From Candidatus Micrarchaeota archaeon (lineage in GTDB: Archaea > Micrarchaeota > Micrarchaeia > Micrarchaeales > CABMGC01): DNA of 64,000 nucleotides. This document shows positions 1-9,955 of the stretch, piece after piece. Every line of letters starts with the position of its first letter. Position 1 is the first letter of the stretch. The stretch covers positions 14,138-78,137 of the forward strand of contig JAJZJV010000001.1 of NCBI GenBank assembly GCA_021809925.1, given 5' to 3'. Made by a program: the position numbers and the translations under genes. The notes below the pieces were generated by a model. It was not told the origin of the DNA and made no database searches. It worked only from the letters and a program-made list of their open reading frames with translations.

Positions 1-1
1 T

Positions 2-505
2 AGTTCTCTTGAAAGCACCATCTCAAACAAATCCTTCCTCTATCAATTCTTCTTCATAGCTCCGCACAATATCCTAATAGCAGCTATAGACGAGATTCCC
101 ATTCTGGGGCTAGCATTCTTCGGTTATTCGATAACCCAGACAGCAATGTTCCTTAATGCATATGCTGTTTCAATCAGCCAACCTGGAATAGTCCTGGTTA
201 TAGCCCTATTCTTATTACCTCACACCATACTCGAGCTGCCAGCATATGCATTAGCAGCAACAGAAAACCTCTTCTTATCCTACTCCTTATTTAGGGGTGG
301 CTTTAGAAAAGAGTTGAGAAGGGCAGCTAGGGTGTTTGGGCTGATCGTGGCAGAGTTGTTTATAGCAGGATCATTCGAGGCCGCAGAACTTCAGCTCAGC
401 ACATATGCGGCACTCTCTTTATGGATTCCATTCATACTGTTAATATCTGTTCTGCTATTCTTCCTACTTAGGAAAAAAGAGCCGAAAAGAAGACGCCTCA
501 GGTAA
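2..505 (+). CDS. SpoIIM/DUF95-like integral membrane protein, 5' end outside window
   Basis: The reading frame stays open from the window edge. The protein has hydrophobic helices, the motif LPHTILELPAYALA (resembling the PHGxxELPA signature of SpoIIM-like proteins) and a basic C-terminal tail. Confidence 0.45.
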   Translation, partial: SSLESTISNKSFLYQFFFIAPHNILIAAIDEIPILGLAFFGYSITQTAMFLNAYAVSISQPGIVLVIALFLLPHTILELPAYALAATENLFLSYSLFRGGFRKELRRAARVFGLIVAELFIAGSFEAAELQLSTYAALSLWIPFILLISVLLFFLLRKKEPKRRRLR

Positions 506-1085
506 TTGTCCGTATCTGGTATCTGCCTCTCTTTTCTATTTCCTTAAGTTTTGATACAACAACATCTCCCTCTGAACAACTCTTAACATAGCTCTGTTCA
601 AGAGAGGGATATCCTTTTCCCAAAGATCTCTTGATCAGAAGCAAGTCTATCGCACGCCCTTCAACGCTCTTAGTTATCTCAGACAACCCAAAATCAATTA
701 TATTAAGACCGTTCTCCGCAAGCATGAGGTTTGCTGTTGTAAAATCCCCATGTATCATTCCTGCGTCGTGGAGCTTTGCAAGCACTCTTCCTATCTCTCG
801 AGGAACGCCTTCAGGAATACTTTCAAGATCCTTCAGGACAACACCCTCAAGAATCTCAAAGTACAATGTAAATCTGCTGCATGCAACAAGTCTCGGGACA
901 GGTACTCCTGCACGATGGGCCCTTTCCATGCATCTGGCCTCCCGCCTTGTCCTTCCCTCCCTTAGTTCAGTATCAAGCTCCTCCACCCTATACTTCTTCC
1001 TGCCACGAACCTTTGCTGCAACCTTATTACCAATAAATCTTATAGTGTAAATCTCTGCTTCTGCTCCCTGAGATAATAACCGCAT
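498..1085 (-). CDS. bud32: Bud32/PRPK-type small atypical kinase (KEOPS subunit)
   Basis: 195 aa. N-terminal GAEAEIY glycine-loop-like segment, a catalytic-loop-like HGDFTTANLM, and IDFGLS. It abuts kae1 with no gap. Confidence 0.8.
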   Translation of the reverse strand: MRLLSQGAEAEIYTIRFIGNKVAAKVRGRKKYRVEELDTELREGRTRREARCMERAHRAGVPVPRLVACSRFTLYFEILEGVVLKDLESIPEGVPREIGRVLAKLHDAGMIHGDFTTANLMLAENGLNIIDFGLSEITKSVEGRAIDLLLIKRSLGKGYPSLEQSYVKSCSEGDVVVSKLKEIEKRGRYQIRTIT

Positions 1086-2063
1086 TTAATCAGCCAGGTA
1101 TTCCACGTCATTTATCCGATATCTCTGCATATAGTCACAATCTTCTACTTTTACTCCATACCCTCTTTTCAGTACTCTTTCTGCGAGCAGTGCAATCATG
1201 GCACCATTGTCTGCATTAAACTCATTAGGCGCAGCACCGAACTTTATCTTATGCTCCTTGGCAACACTACCTAGCATCACCCTCAACCTTTCACTCTGTG
1301 CAACCCCACCGCACACGCAAAATTCCCTACTCTTGGTAAGAAGAAGTGCGCGTTCTGTGGCCTCGCAAAGCATTGCAAAGGCTGTTTCCTGCAGTGAGAA
1401 CGAGACGTCTTTTTTACTATTCCTTTCGGATAGCTCTACAGCTTTTGTCATAAGTCCTGCAAAGGCAAAGTCCATGCCCTTGACAGTATATGGCAACTTT
1501 ATGTATCTTCCTCCAGTGGCTGTCTTTGCAACGCTAGACCCCCAGGCAGGATCAAGCCCCATCTTTCTAGCGAAAGAATCTAGCATGTTACCTACGCCAA
1601 TATCAAACGTCTCCCCAAGAACCAAGTAATGTCTCCTTTCAGAGTCGAGCTTAAGAATCTGCGAGTTCCCCCCACTGACATATAGTGCCAGAGGGTCTCT
1701 CATATTGGAAAGGCGTTTTGCTATCTCTACATGTGCCATTCCGTGGTTAAGCGGAACAATATCTACATTCAGTTCATTGGCCATTGCCTTTGCCTTGCTC
1801 ATGCCAACCTTAAGGCATGGACCTATTCCAGGTCCCATGGTATATCCAATCCCTGAGATATCTTTGAGTCTAACGTCTGCCCTTTCCAAAGACCTCAAAA
1901 TAACTTCATCTGCACTCTTCTTGTGGAATTCAGCAACCTTTATTGGTATCATGCCTGAATTTCCTATTGGGTAAACCGATTTCTCATTAGAGAGTATTCT
2001 CCCATTCTCCACTATCCCTACCCCGAACGTATGCGCACTGCTTTCTATACCTATGATTGGCAT
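1086..2063 (-). CDS. kae1: Kae1, tRNA N6-adenosine threonylcarbamoyltransferase
   Basis: Starts MPIIGIESSAHTFGVGIV, has the metal-binding NHGMAH motif and a GGVAQSERL C-terminal region. I prefer the internal Met at 2063 over the track start at 2183, because the extension is hydrophobic junk overlapping the divergent gene. Confidence 0.9.
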   Translation of the reverse strand: MPIIGIESSAHTFGVGIVENGRILSNEKSVYPIGNSGMIPIKVAEFHKKSADEVILRSLERADVRLKDISGIGYTMGPGIGPCLKVGMSKAKAMANELNVDIVPLNHGMAHVEIAKRLSNMRDPLALYVSGGNSQILKLDSERRHYLVLGETFDIGVGNMLDSFARKMGLDPAWGSSVAKTATGGRYIKLPYTVKGMDFAFAGLMTKAVELSERNSKKDVSFSLQETAFAMLCEATERALLLTKSREFCVCGGVAQSERLRVMLGSVAKEHKIKFGAAPNEFNADNGAMIALLAERVLKRGYGVKVEDCDYMQRYRINDVEYLAD

Positions 2064-2118
2064 CACATTCAACCTGCAAAGAGAAAATACTAAAATACTA
2101 ATCAGGAAGATATTTATT

Positions 2119-2955
2119 ATGGTTTTGTTTGAGATCAACAAGCAACTTAATGCCCTCAAGGCGATTCCATTCAAAACACTCACATGTGGTTATTGCGAAT
2201 CTCCGGTCCTATCCCCCACTAAAGATTCTGCCTTCTGTCAATTCTGCGGCGCATACACAGAAGATGCCGAACCCCCGGAAAAACCTGAAGACAATACCTT
2301 CCATAATGGGTTGGCGGAGATACAATCTTCGATACGCGCCGGGGCTCTTGGTGATGCAAAGGCACTTTCATCCACCCTCTTCACAAAACTCACCGACCCT
2401 GAAAAATTATTCTGCGGGGGCAACATTTACCTCTTTCTCTCAGACCAAACTTATTCAAGCAAGGATTATGCCATAACGGGGTTCATGGAGAAAAATTCCG
2501 CAAACGTTTACGAATCTCTTGATCTGACCTCAAAATCCAAAGAATTTTTTTATAAAACCCTATGGTTGATAGATGCGTCAAAACAAAGGGAAGCTAACGA
2601 ACGAGCACTTTTCATCGCATTTCTTTGTTGCATATACCTAAAACAACACAAGAAAGCAAAAAGGCACCTCGACCAATTGGGATCACAAGAGAAACCAACA
2701 CTGATCAGGAGATATGCAGATATGATATACTCAGTAGAGACCGGGGACCGGAATGCCAAGGTTCTTATCGAAAGCCTCCTCGGCCAAAAAGAGGTTAACA
2801 CCTTCTTTTACATGGGAAAATATCTTGCCAAATCAAAGAAGCTTACTGAAGCAGAAGCTCTACTTGCAGCTATAACATCAATATGCAAGCATCCGCAGGC
2901 AGAAGAGCTGCTAAAGAAGATTAGGGACACCGAACAGGCGCTTTCCCTGCAGTGA
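2119..2955 (+). CDS. zinc-ribbon plus helical-repeat protein, function unknown
   Basis: CGYC...CQFCG zinc ribbon near the N-terminus followed by a helical, TPR-like region. The start is moved to the ATG at 2119 to avoid overlap with kae1. Confidence 0.4.
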   Translation: MVLFEINKQLNALKAIPFKTLTCGYCESPVLSPTKDSAFCQFCGAYTEDAEPPEKPEDNTFHNGLAEIQSSIRAGALGDAKALSSTLFTKLTDPEKLFCGGNIYLFLSDQTYSSKDYAITGFMEKNSANVYESLDLTSKSKEFFYKTLWLIDASKQREANERALFIAFLCCIYLKQHKKAKRHLDQLGSQEKPTLIRRYADMIYSVETGDRNAKVLIESLLGQKEVNTFFYMGKYLAKSKKLTEAEALLAAITSICKHPQAEELLKKIRDTEQALSLQ

Positions 2956-3013
2956 GCCAAATACGAACTAATTAATACTTTTACAATAAAATACATACTG
3001 TTGGTGTCCTTCT

Positions 3014-3799
3014 ATGCCTAACAAGACCGTAATCTCTGTTGTAATATTCATACTTTTGATAGTCATACTTGTGGTTTATCTTGCAACACGGCCAAATTCT
3101 CTGATACCCCAGATAATACATCTGCCAGCAAGCAATACCAACACCATAGCCAACACAACCAATAAAACAATACCCAATAATACAATACCAACCAACACAA
3201 CCAACAACACGAATTCTTCTGGTTTGAGTGGTGAATGTATTTCAAGCACAGAAAGAGTTCCAGTACCTAATGGGAATTTCAGCCTCGGCACTTATCAGTC
3301 CTGGACTACAACTGGTCTTGGATTTGGATCCGAACCCTTTAACATAATCTCTGCAAATAACGAAGGCGCTTATTACGGGGCGCCGTGGTCTGGATACAAT
3401 GGGATATTCATCGCTACAACCTATTCTGGCGGAATTTCATTCCAGGCAGGAAACCTGACTTCAGATTACTTCTTAGTTACCGAGCCATATCTCAACTTTA
3501 AGATAATCTCTCCACAAAACAGCCAACTATATCTGGAATTATTGACAGACAACCAAACCTTCATCAAGATTCATTACAATACTTATTTGGCTGCAAACAA
3601 CACCGAGGCAGCAACCCACTTTGTAAATGCCAGCATACCTCTAGTAAGTCTTCTATGCAAATATGTGCGCGTCAGGGTAGTGGCAAATGTTCTTGGCACA
3701 GTCACCACCAGAGATCAATATCTGGCGGTGACCGACTTCCACCTCTCCAGGGTTCCATACGCAGAAAGCGGTATAATAGTCAATCAAACGATATCTTGA
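3014..3799 (+). CDS. membrane-anchored extracellular protein with Asn/Thr-rich linker
   Basis: N-terminal transmembrane helix, then the low-complexity stretch NTNTIANTTNKTIPNNTIPTNTTNNTNSS carrying many N-x-S/T sequons, then a beta-rich domain. Confidence 0.4.
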   Translation: MPNKTVISVVIFILLIVILVVYLATRPNSLIPQIIHLPASNTNTIANTTNKTIPNNTIPTNTTNNTNSSGLSGECISSTERVPVPNGNFSLGTYQSWTTTGLGFGSEPFNIISANNEGAYYGAPWSGYNGIFIATTYSGGISFQAGNLTSDYFLVTEPYLNFKIISPQNSQLYLELLTDNQTFIKIHYNTYLAANNTEAATHFVNASIPLVSLLCKYVRVRVVANVLGTVTTRDQYLAVTDFHLSRVPYAESGIIVNQTIS

Positions 3800-3810
3800 G
3801 CTGACTCTTT

Positions 3811-5253
3811 ATGGGAGGTGGACTAAGACTCTATAATACCTTGACAAGGCAATTAGAAGAGTTCCAGCCACTGGAAACCGGGAAGATAAGATTCTTTGTC
3901 TGTGGCCAGACTGTTTATGATGATGCACATCTTGGACACGCAAAAGCATACATTAATTTTGACATAGTAGCGAGATGGCTAAGGCATCTGGGATATACAT
4001 TACATTACATACAGAACATAACTGACATTGACGACAAAATAATCATAAGGGCAAAAGAATCACACAAAGACCCTACTGCGCTCGCAAGGGAGTTCGAGTC
4101 CAGATTCATGGAAGACATGGAGAAGATAGGAGTGAAGAAGAACGTAGACCAGTACCCACGCTCCCATGATTACATAGATGAGATTGGTTTTCAGATAGGT
4201 CTACTGCTCAAAAAAGGATATGCATATCTTTTGGATGGAGACGTCTACTACAACGTATCCAAATTCGAGGATTACACAAACCTCTCCGGGATGAAGCTCG
4301 AAGAGCTCGAGAAACATAGGATCGAGCCCAAAGCCGGAAAAAAAAACCCTTACGATTTTGCATTATGGAAAGCCTCAAAAGAAGGAGAGCCAAGCTGGAA
4401 GATATCCTTGGATCTGAACGGAAAAGAGACAATTCTGGAAGGCAGGCCAGGATGGCATATAGAAGATACTGCAATAACCCATGCAATATTTGGGCCGCAG
4501 TATGATTTGCACGGTGGCGCAATAGAGCTCATATTTCCTCATCATTCCAACGAGATAGCTCAAGCCGAAGCTGCTTTCGGCAAAAAGCCCTTTGTTAAAT
4601 ACTGGTTGCATGCCGGAGTACTCAACATAAAAGGAGTAAAGATGAGCAAGAGCCTCAGAAATTTCATAAAGATCCGAGATGTACTTTCATCATATCCGGC
4701 AGAGACTCTTAGGCTGTTGATATGCTCTACCCATTACAGAAAAGAGATGGATTATGACGAGAATCTCATAAAGAATGCTGGAAGGAAGTTATCCTACTTA
4801 TACGCCGCCCTGGGCATATTTTATAATATGCGCGAAGGAGCTTCAAACAAAGAGGGCTCCGAACAGATAAAAAAAGAAACAACTCTGTTTGTAGACGCAT
4901 TCACAAAAGCCATGAACGACGATTTTAATACGCCCCAAGCATTAACAGAACTTACCATTATGATTAATAAACTCAGAGAATTTGCCGAAACAAACAATGA
5001 GATCGATGCAGAAGCAAAAACCCACGCACTCTCATCCATTCTTAAAATAGCGGATACTCTTGGAATTCTCACAAATGAAAGTTACAAAACGGAGATAAGC
5101 ACAATAGCAATGCACCTCATAAGCTATCGAGAACGGCTCAGACAAGATAAAAAGTTCGGGGAAGCAGATACTATACGTGAACGCCTCAAGAACGAGTTCA
5201 AAATACTCCTTGAAGATACAGAATATGGTACTGTCTGGTACAAAGAGCAATAG
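3811..5253 (+). CDS. cysS: cysteinyl-tRNA synthetase
   Basis: Class I HIGH motif (HLGHA) and KMSKS motif (VKMSKSLRN). The 480-aa length is typical. Confidence 0.95.
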   Translation: MGGGLRLYNTLTRQLEEFQPLETGKIRFFVCGQTVYDDAHLGHAKAYINFDIVARWLRHLGYTLHYIQNITDIDDKIIIRAKESHKDPTALAREFESRFMEDMEKIGVKKNVDQYPRSHDYIDEIGFQIGLLLKKGYAYLLDGDVYYNVSKFEDYTNLSGMKLEELEKHRIEPKAGKKNPYDFALWKASKEGEPSWKISLDLNGKETILEGRPGWHIEDTAITHAIFGPQYDLHGGAIELIFPHHSNEIAQAEAAFGKKPFVKYWLHAGVLNIKGVKMSKSLRNFIKIRDVLSSYPAETLRLLICSTHYRKEMDYDENLIKNAGRKLSYLYAALGIFYNMREGASNKEGSEQIKKETTLFVDAFTKAMNDDFNTPQALTELTIMINKLREFAETNNEIDAEAKTHALSSILKIADTLGILTNESYKTEISTIAMHLISYRERLRQDKKFGEADTIRERLKNEFKILLEDTEYGTVWYKEQ

Positions 5254-5332
5254 TTTATATATCCTCTTACCTTGGAACAGATTACAGATAATATTTAAAT
5301 ATAAGTTAGTATAATAAATAATCAGTGTAAAA

Positions 5333-5839
5333 ATGTCTAGTTCAGCTACTGCGAAATCTGGTATTAAAAACACAAGCTCAAGACTCGCTGCTTTTCACGA
5401 AACACAAAGAAATGCAGACCGCGCACTTTACGGTGCAATGCACGGCAAAGTTTCGCTCCCAGAATTAGTTCGTTCGATAAGAAGCGCCCATACAGATGAG
5501 CACGAACTAGAACAGAAAGCTGAAGAAGAATTAAATTTATTTAACTCAGCAGGGCAATTATCTCTCAGCCAGAAGGTCAGAAAGTTCATAAGAGAGAATC
5601 CTCTACTCGAATCAATACATCAGAATCTGGAAGTTGGGGTGGCACTCATACAGATAGGTGCGGCAAGATTACGATCAAGATTCTCAGATTCTGGGTCCGA
5701 ACCAAATGAAGCCAAAGCAACTTCGCAAAACAACGTAGTTGAGGTTAAGAAACCTGCAACCGCTGTGGAAACACATGTTGCCGTTCTGTCTGCCATAAGG
5801 CGCGAAGTCGAAGAGGACACTCTCTCTCAAGCAGCCTAA
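5333..5839 (+). CDS. hypothetical soluble protein
   Basis: 168-aa ORF, helical and charged, with no motif I recognise. It is the last gene before the mobile-element island. Confidence 0.3.
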   Translation: MSSSATAKSGIKNTSSRLAAFHETQRNADRALYGAMHGKVSLPELVRSIRSAHTDEHELEQKAEEELNLFNSAGQLSLSQKVRKFIRENPLLESIHQNLEVGVALIQIGAARLRSRFSDSGSEPNEAKATSQNNVVEVKKPATAVETHVAVLSAIRREVEEDTLSQAA

Positions 5840-5969
5840 TCCTTATGACTATTTCTAATTGAGTCGTTTTGTTTATAAACATAACGAATTTTTAGGCAGG
5901 TGCCCCAAAGAACATTATAATCTCGCAACCTGAATGAGGCGTAGGCGAAGGTGTAAACGAAACGAAAAA

Positions 5970-7156
5970 TAAAAGGCGACCAGAAATCTTAACCTTATCA
6001 ATAGCTTCAGGAGTAACTCAAGATGTGGAAATACACGACCCCTTAGACGAAGTACTAAACGTGGATGAGTTTATTGGACTCCTCCATCAAGATACTCTTG
6101 ACAAGACCCTGACAGAATTGGAAAAGTTGTACTTAGGCGTAAGAAAGTGCGACTATCCGATTCTCCCCAGTTTCTTGCAATTGTATACATGAAGCTCAGC
6201 AGGATTAAATACCTCACTGCACTTTACAGGAAGCCGAGTGCAAATGGCTGTAAACATGCAGAGAAATTGGGCTTCATGAGGGAAAATGGCAGAGTGAAAC
6301 CTCCATCATACAACAACTTCTGGGTTTTTGCAAAGGCCCGGTTTTGCGAGAATAAGATAGATAAAATATCCGAAGTAATTCTTTCTGAATTGAAGAGAGA
6401 GTTGCACCTCAGAGGTGCCGAGTTAGGCAAAAACACAGCACATGATGGTTTTGTCATAAGGGCGCATGACAAAGGTGCAGTATACAACAGCCATTACGAA
6501 ACGACCATGTATAAAGGAGAGATGAGGTTTGATCTGGATCTCATGGTGCCGATTTACGGCAGCGCAACAACAGGCACTGATTACGACGGTAATTACGCAG
6601 TGCCGTTTGCGGAGAAAGTCAACATGATAGAGAAGGACGGAAGAGTGATTTATCTCATGGACATTATACATCACTTGCAAACTTCGCAATCTTAAACCAT
6701 GTTCACAGGATAAGAACAGTTATGAACATACCTCAAGATCAAAGAATAATTTCTGAAGAGGGAAGTCAAGAAAGCATAGACAAGTGGTATCAGAGTTTCC
6801 ATGAAAAAGAAGACTTCATTGTAGATGCAGATATCGAATACAAACTATCACTTCTTTTGAAGCATGGACGGATAGAAGAAGTCGGATATTATTATCGGAA
6901 TAGGTATGTCAAGGAATATCTTGATAACAAAGAAGCCTACGAGAAAGAGTACCCTACAAGAAGTCTTGAAGAATCAGGAAATAATCTCTCAAAGAATGGT
7001 TTTGTTGACACAGAAAACGCATCTAATGGGACCGGATTGCGAAATAGGAACCTCCATGTCAAACTGTGCATATTGACAATGCAGTTGGTTGCATTGATAA
7101 GGGCGCAAAGAGGCAGAGTCGCAAAACTTACGTCTGTGGAAAACATAGCCTGTTGA
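5970..7156 (+). pseudogene. DDE transposase (IS4/IS5-superfamily-like) split over three reading frames
   Basis: Three consecutive fragments in different frames: about 5970-6190, 6147-6695 and 6722-7156. The middle piece has DDE-like HDGFVIRA and VIYLMD segments. The last piece has the C-terminal helical region typical of these transposases. Confidence 0.6.
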
Positions 7157-7513
7157 TGTGATAATTACAAAATCACACCTCATAGATACCGTGAGGTCTA
7201 TGCATTACACTGAACTTCGATAGTGTTTGGTAGTTTATATCAAATTTCTGAGCCATTATAGTAAATCGGGTTAATAATCGAACATTTGCCTTTTTAATCT
7301 GACGTCATAGAAATATCACAAAATGTTCGGATATCTGCCTAAGTTACTATTAGACCATATTTCTGGTGGATTTTGCTTCGAATTTTTGAAAATTTACCTC
7401 CAAACACATAAAATACGTCCTTCAAACTCATTCTAATTGAAAATGGGGTCAATTAGAAATACTCTTATATATTTGGCTATGATATATCTAATTATGATGT
7501 ATAGGTATATAAA

Positions 7514-8080
7514 ATGGTCAAGTATATTATCCCACTGCTTGCAGCAATAGCTATCATAGTCATAGCTGCGGTTTCATTCGTACTTCTGTCAGGACACTCT
7601 GCAAGCGCGCAGAGTGCCCCCGAATTTGCGCAGTTCACTGCGTTGAGCAGTGCTACCAGTGACCAGTGCGCCTACCTTGGAAATAAGGCAGCAATATATA
7701 ATTCTGTGGATTCCCAGCCAAACAACGCATACTTTCAGGGTTCCTGCTGCAGCCCCATGGACTGGAACCACTATCAGCAGCAAATCGCGGGACTAAAAAA
7801 CTATTCTAATATAAGCGCAATACCACAAAATCCATATAATGTTTCAGTGCTGCAGGTCAAGCAGATGCTAGGCTATTACGACAACATAATCTTGAACCAG
7901 AGCCAGAATGCAACCTTTAATCAAGCCGCCGCTCTTACTACGGATAAGAGCTGGTGCTGCTGCCAGTGTTGGGCATGGTATGCGCACGCCGGTCTGGCAA
8001 AGTACATGATTAAGAACTACAACTACAATGTCAGCCAAGTAGTAACGCTAATTAATTTAGAGGACTGCTGTGGTGGGTAA
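7514..8080 (+). CDS. secreted Cys-rich protein (CCSPMDWNH, WCCCQCW, C-terminal CCGG)
   Basis: Signal peptide ending ASA-QS. Three cysteine clusters, the last at the extreme C-terminus. First gene of a tight four-gene cluster. Confidence 0.6.
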   Translation: MVKYIIPLLAAIAIIVIAAVSFVLLSGHSASAQSAPEFAQFTALSSATSDQCAYLGNKAAIYNSVDSQPNNAYFQGSCCSPMDWNHYQQQIAGLKNYSNISAIPQNPYNVSVLQVKQMLGYYDNIILNQSQNATFNQAAALTTDKSWCCCQCWAWYAHAGLAKYMIKNYNYNVSQVVTLINLEDCCGG

Positions 8081-8084
8081 TTTT

Positions 8085-8843
8085 ATGTCAAAGACAGCAA
8101 AACGCAATTATTCGGTAATAAATATCACTTCATTGCTTTTAATGTTGATTGTACTGCTTCTCGTAGTAATCATAATATTGCTGGCCGGTTACATATCTGG
8201 TTTTAGCATGATGAACGGCATAGCTGGCATGATGGGCGCAGGCATGTTCAGCAACATGATGAACGGAGGCTCAGGAGGTTACGCTGGCATGATGGGCGGA
8301 ACTGGTAGTTCTATTCTGAGCTCACGGATAAATATAAGCACAGCCGAATCTTACGCAAATAAATCGCCTTCTTACGCGTACGCATATCCAAGCAACAATA
8401 CTGTGCTGTTCACCTCTAACAACATCACACTGGTTGTACTTGCAATGGGCGTGCAGCGTGCGATTAATCTCACACACGAACAACCGCCGGCATCCGATTC
8501 CAACAGCGCTGGCAATACTTTCGTCATAGACGGATTGATAAATCCAACCCTTATAATAACAAAAGGCGCAATAGTCCATATAGAATTTATAAATCTGGAC
8601 TCTAGCGAATACCATAATGTAATAATGACTGCCACAGGTCCACCATATCAATACATGCCGATGTCGGCTATGAATGGCATAGTGTCCATGATGCCGATAA
8701 TACAGCCTGCCAACTATTCCGGAGGCACGGCGTCGGAATATAATTACACTGTTGTGTTTGACAATTTCGGAACATACTGGTATATCTGCATGTATCCTGG
8801 GCATGCGCAGATGGGAATGTATGGTAAAATAGTAGTAGAATAG
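8085..8843 (+). CDS. membrane-anchored type-1 copper protein (cupredoxin, sulfocyanin/halocyanin-like) with Met/Gly-rich region
   Basis: C-terminal YICMYPGHAQMGMYGKIVV fits the C-x4-H-x2/4-M ligand loop, and the upstream EYHNVIM supplies the first His ligand. N-terminal transmembrane helix followed by MMNGIAGMMGAGMFSNMMNGGSGGYAGMMGG. I prefer the ATG at 8085 over the GTG at 8070. Confidence 0.8.
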   Translation: MSKTAKRNYSVINITSLLLMLIVLLLVVIIILLAGYISGFSMMNGIAGMMGAGMFSNMMNGGSGGYAGMMGGTGSSILSSRINISTAESYANKSPSYAYAYPSNNTVLFTSNNITLVVLAMGVQRAINLTHEQPPASDSNSAGNTFVIDGLINPTLIITKGAIVHIEFINLDSSEYHNVIMTATGPPYQYMPMSAMNGIVSMMPIIQPANYSGGTASEYNYTVVFDNFGTYWYICMYPGHAQMGMYGKIVVE

Positions 8844-8851
8844 GTAAATCA

Positions 8852-9946
8852 ATGCAAAAAAAGAAATCAAATACGACAAAGAAACGCAATTTCAGGAAAG
8901 GCAAAAGTAGAAATGTGGTGGGGACAAAGCACCGGCATTATTATACTGCGCTCATTGGGCTTCTGGTTATGGTGGTTTCATTCGCAGCCATTTCAATATC
9001 ACATATAAATATATTTGGAAACTTTGATGCTGCCCATCAGGCAACAGCTAATACGTCTAACATTTACAACAATACCACAACTAATGCAGTAAAAACACCT
9101 GGCAACAGCACGATAAATCAAACGCTATTAGCCGCGCAGGTAATTCCCACTGCGGGTTACACATTGCCTTTTAGGTGGGGGAATAGCGTGCATAAGCTTG
9201 TAGAAACAGGAGCGCTGAATCCATCAAACCTATCAATTATACTCAACAACTCTAGACAGCCACTATCTCCTGTTGAAGAGGAAATATTAAACGGAACATA
9301 CAATGGTTATATACAATTCAACGCTACAAACACCGAGTTTGTCCAACTCGTTCTGTGGTCTTTGGGCATAAACAACAACAATACAATAATAAATGCTGGA
9401 CCAATAATCAACGCGAGTGTTCCATATGCCAAGCAGATAAATAGCAACGCCTCCCTGAATCAGAAAGTCACCCCTGAATACATAGCAAACCATTACTTTG
9501 CCAGTACAGGCGGCTATGGTCCGCTAGGGAAACTGCAATTAGGCGAATTAAATATCATAAACCTGAGTAGTCAGCAGCAGGCCCTGATGTACGACGTTGC
9601 CACGCATTCGTACCGTCCTTGCTGCGATAATCCCACGGCGTTTCCAGACTGCAACCACGGAGCAGCAGCCCTGGGCCTAATTGAACTGCTTGCATATCAA
9701 GGTGCAAACCAAAGCCAGATGTTCGATGCTGTCAGATATTTCTATCAATACCAATTCCCACAGCAATATGCTGAAATAGCCGCATATTTTGATTCGCAGG
9801 GAGGGAACTACAGCCAAGTAAATTCCAGCGAAGTGATGGGTTATAACTTCTCAAGTTATTCAGGGTACGCAAGCGCAAACCAGTATCTACTAAAAAACAA
9901 GATTCTTGCACAGCTTGGAAGCGGCGGAGCGTCTTGTGGGGCATAA
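8852..9946 (+). CDS. membrane-anchored extracellular protein with RPCCDNPTAFPDCNHG motif and C-terminal SCGA
   Basis: Basic N-terminus plus transmembrane helix, and many N-x-S/T sequons. Its CC...NH...A-x-GL motif parallels the motif in the 7514-8080 protein. Confidence 0.55.
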   Translation: MQKKKSNTTKKRNFRKGKSRNVVGTKHRHYYTALIGLLVMVVSFAAISISHINIFGNFDAAHQATANTSNIYNNTTTNAVKTPGNSTINQTLLAAQVIPTAGYTLPFRWGNSVHKLVETGALNPSNLSIILNNSRQPLSPVEEEILNGTYNGYIQFNATNTEFVQLVLWSLGINNNNTIINAGPIINASVPYAKQINSNASLNQKVTPEYIANHYFASTGGYGPLGKLQLGELNIINLSSQQQALMYDVATHSYRPCCDNPTAFPDCNHGAAALGLIELLAYQGANQSQMFDAVRYFYQYQFPQQYAEIAAYFDSQGGNYSQVNSSEVMGYNFSSYSGYASANQYLLKNKILAQLGSGGASCGA

Positions 9947-9955
9947 GGTAGTGCG

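Noticed and set aside
631-2000. Several 70-140-aa ORFs antisense to bud32 and kae1. Similar antisense ORFs lie within gyrB, gyrA, the Lhr gene, dnaK, cdc6 and mre11.
   Set aside because: Each lies fully inside a confidently identified gene on the other strand and has low-complexity Ser/Leu/Pro-rich composition.
498-2063. Kae1 and Bud32 encoded as separate abutting genes rather than as a fusion.
   Set aside because: Both arrangements are common in archaea, so this is not unusual enough to report as a finding.
5867-7244. Terminal inverted repeats for the IS4/IS5-like pseudogene (tttgtttataaac against gtttatatcaaa).
   Set aside because: The match needs a gap, is AT-rich and short, and could easily be chance. 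The element boundaries are left undefined.
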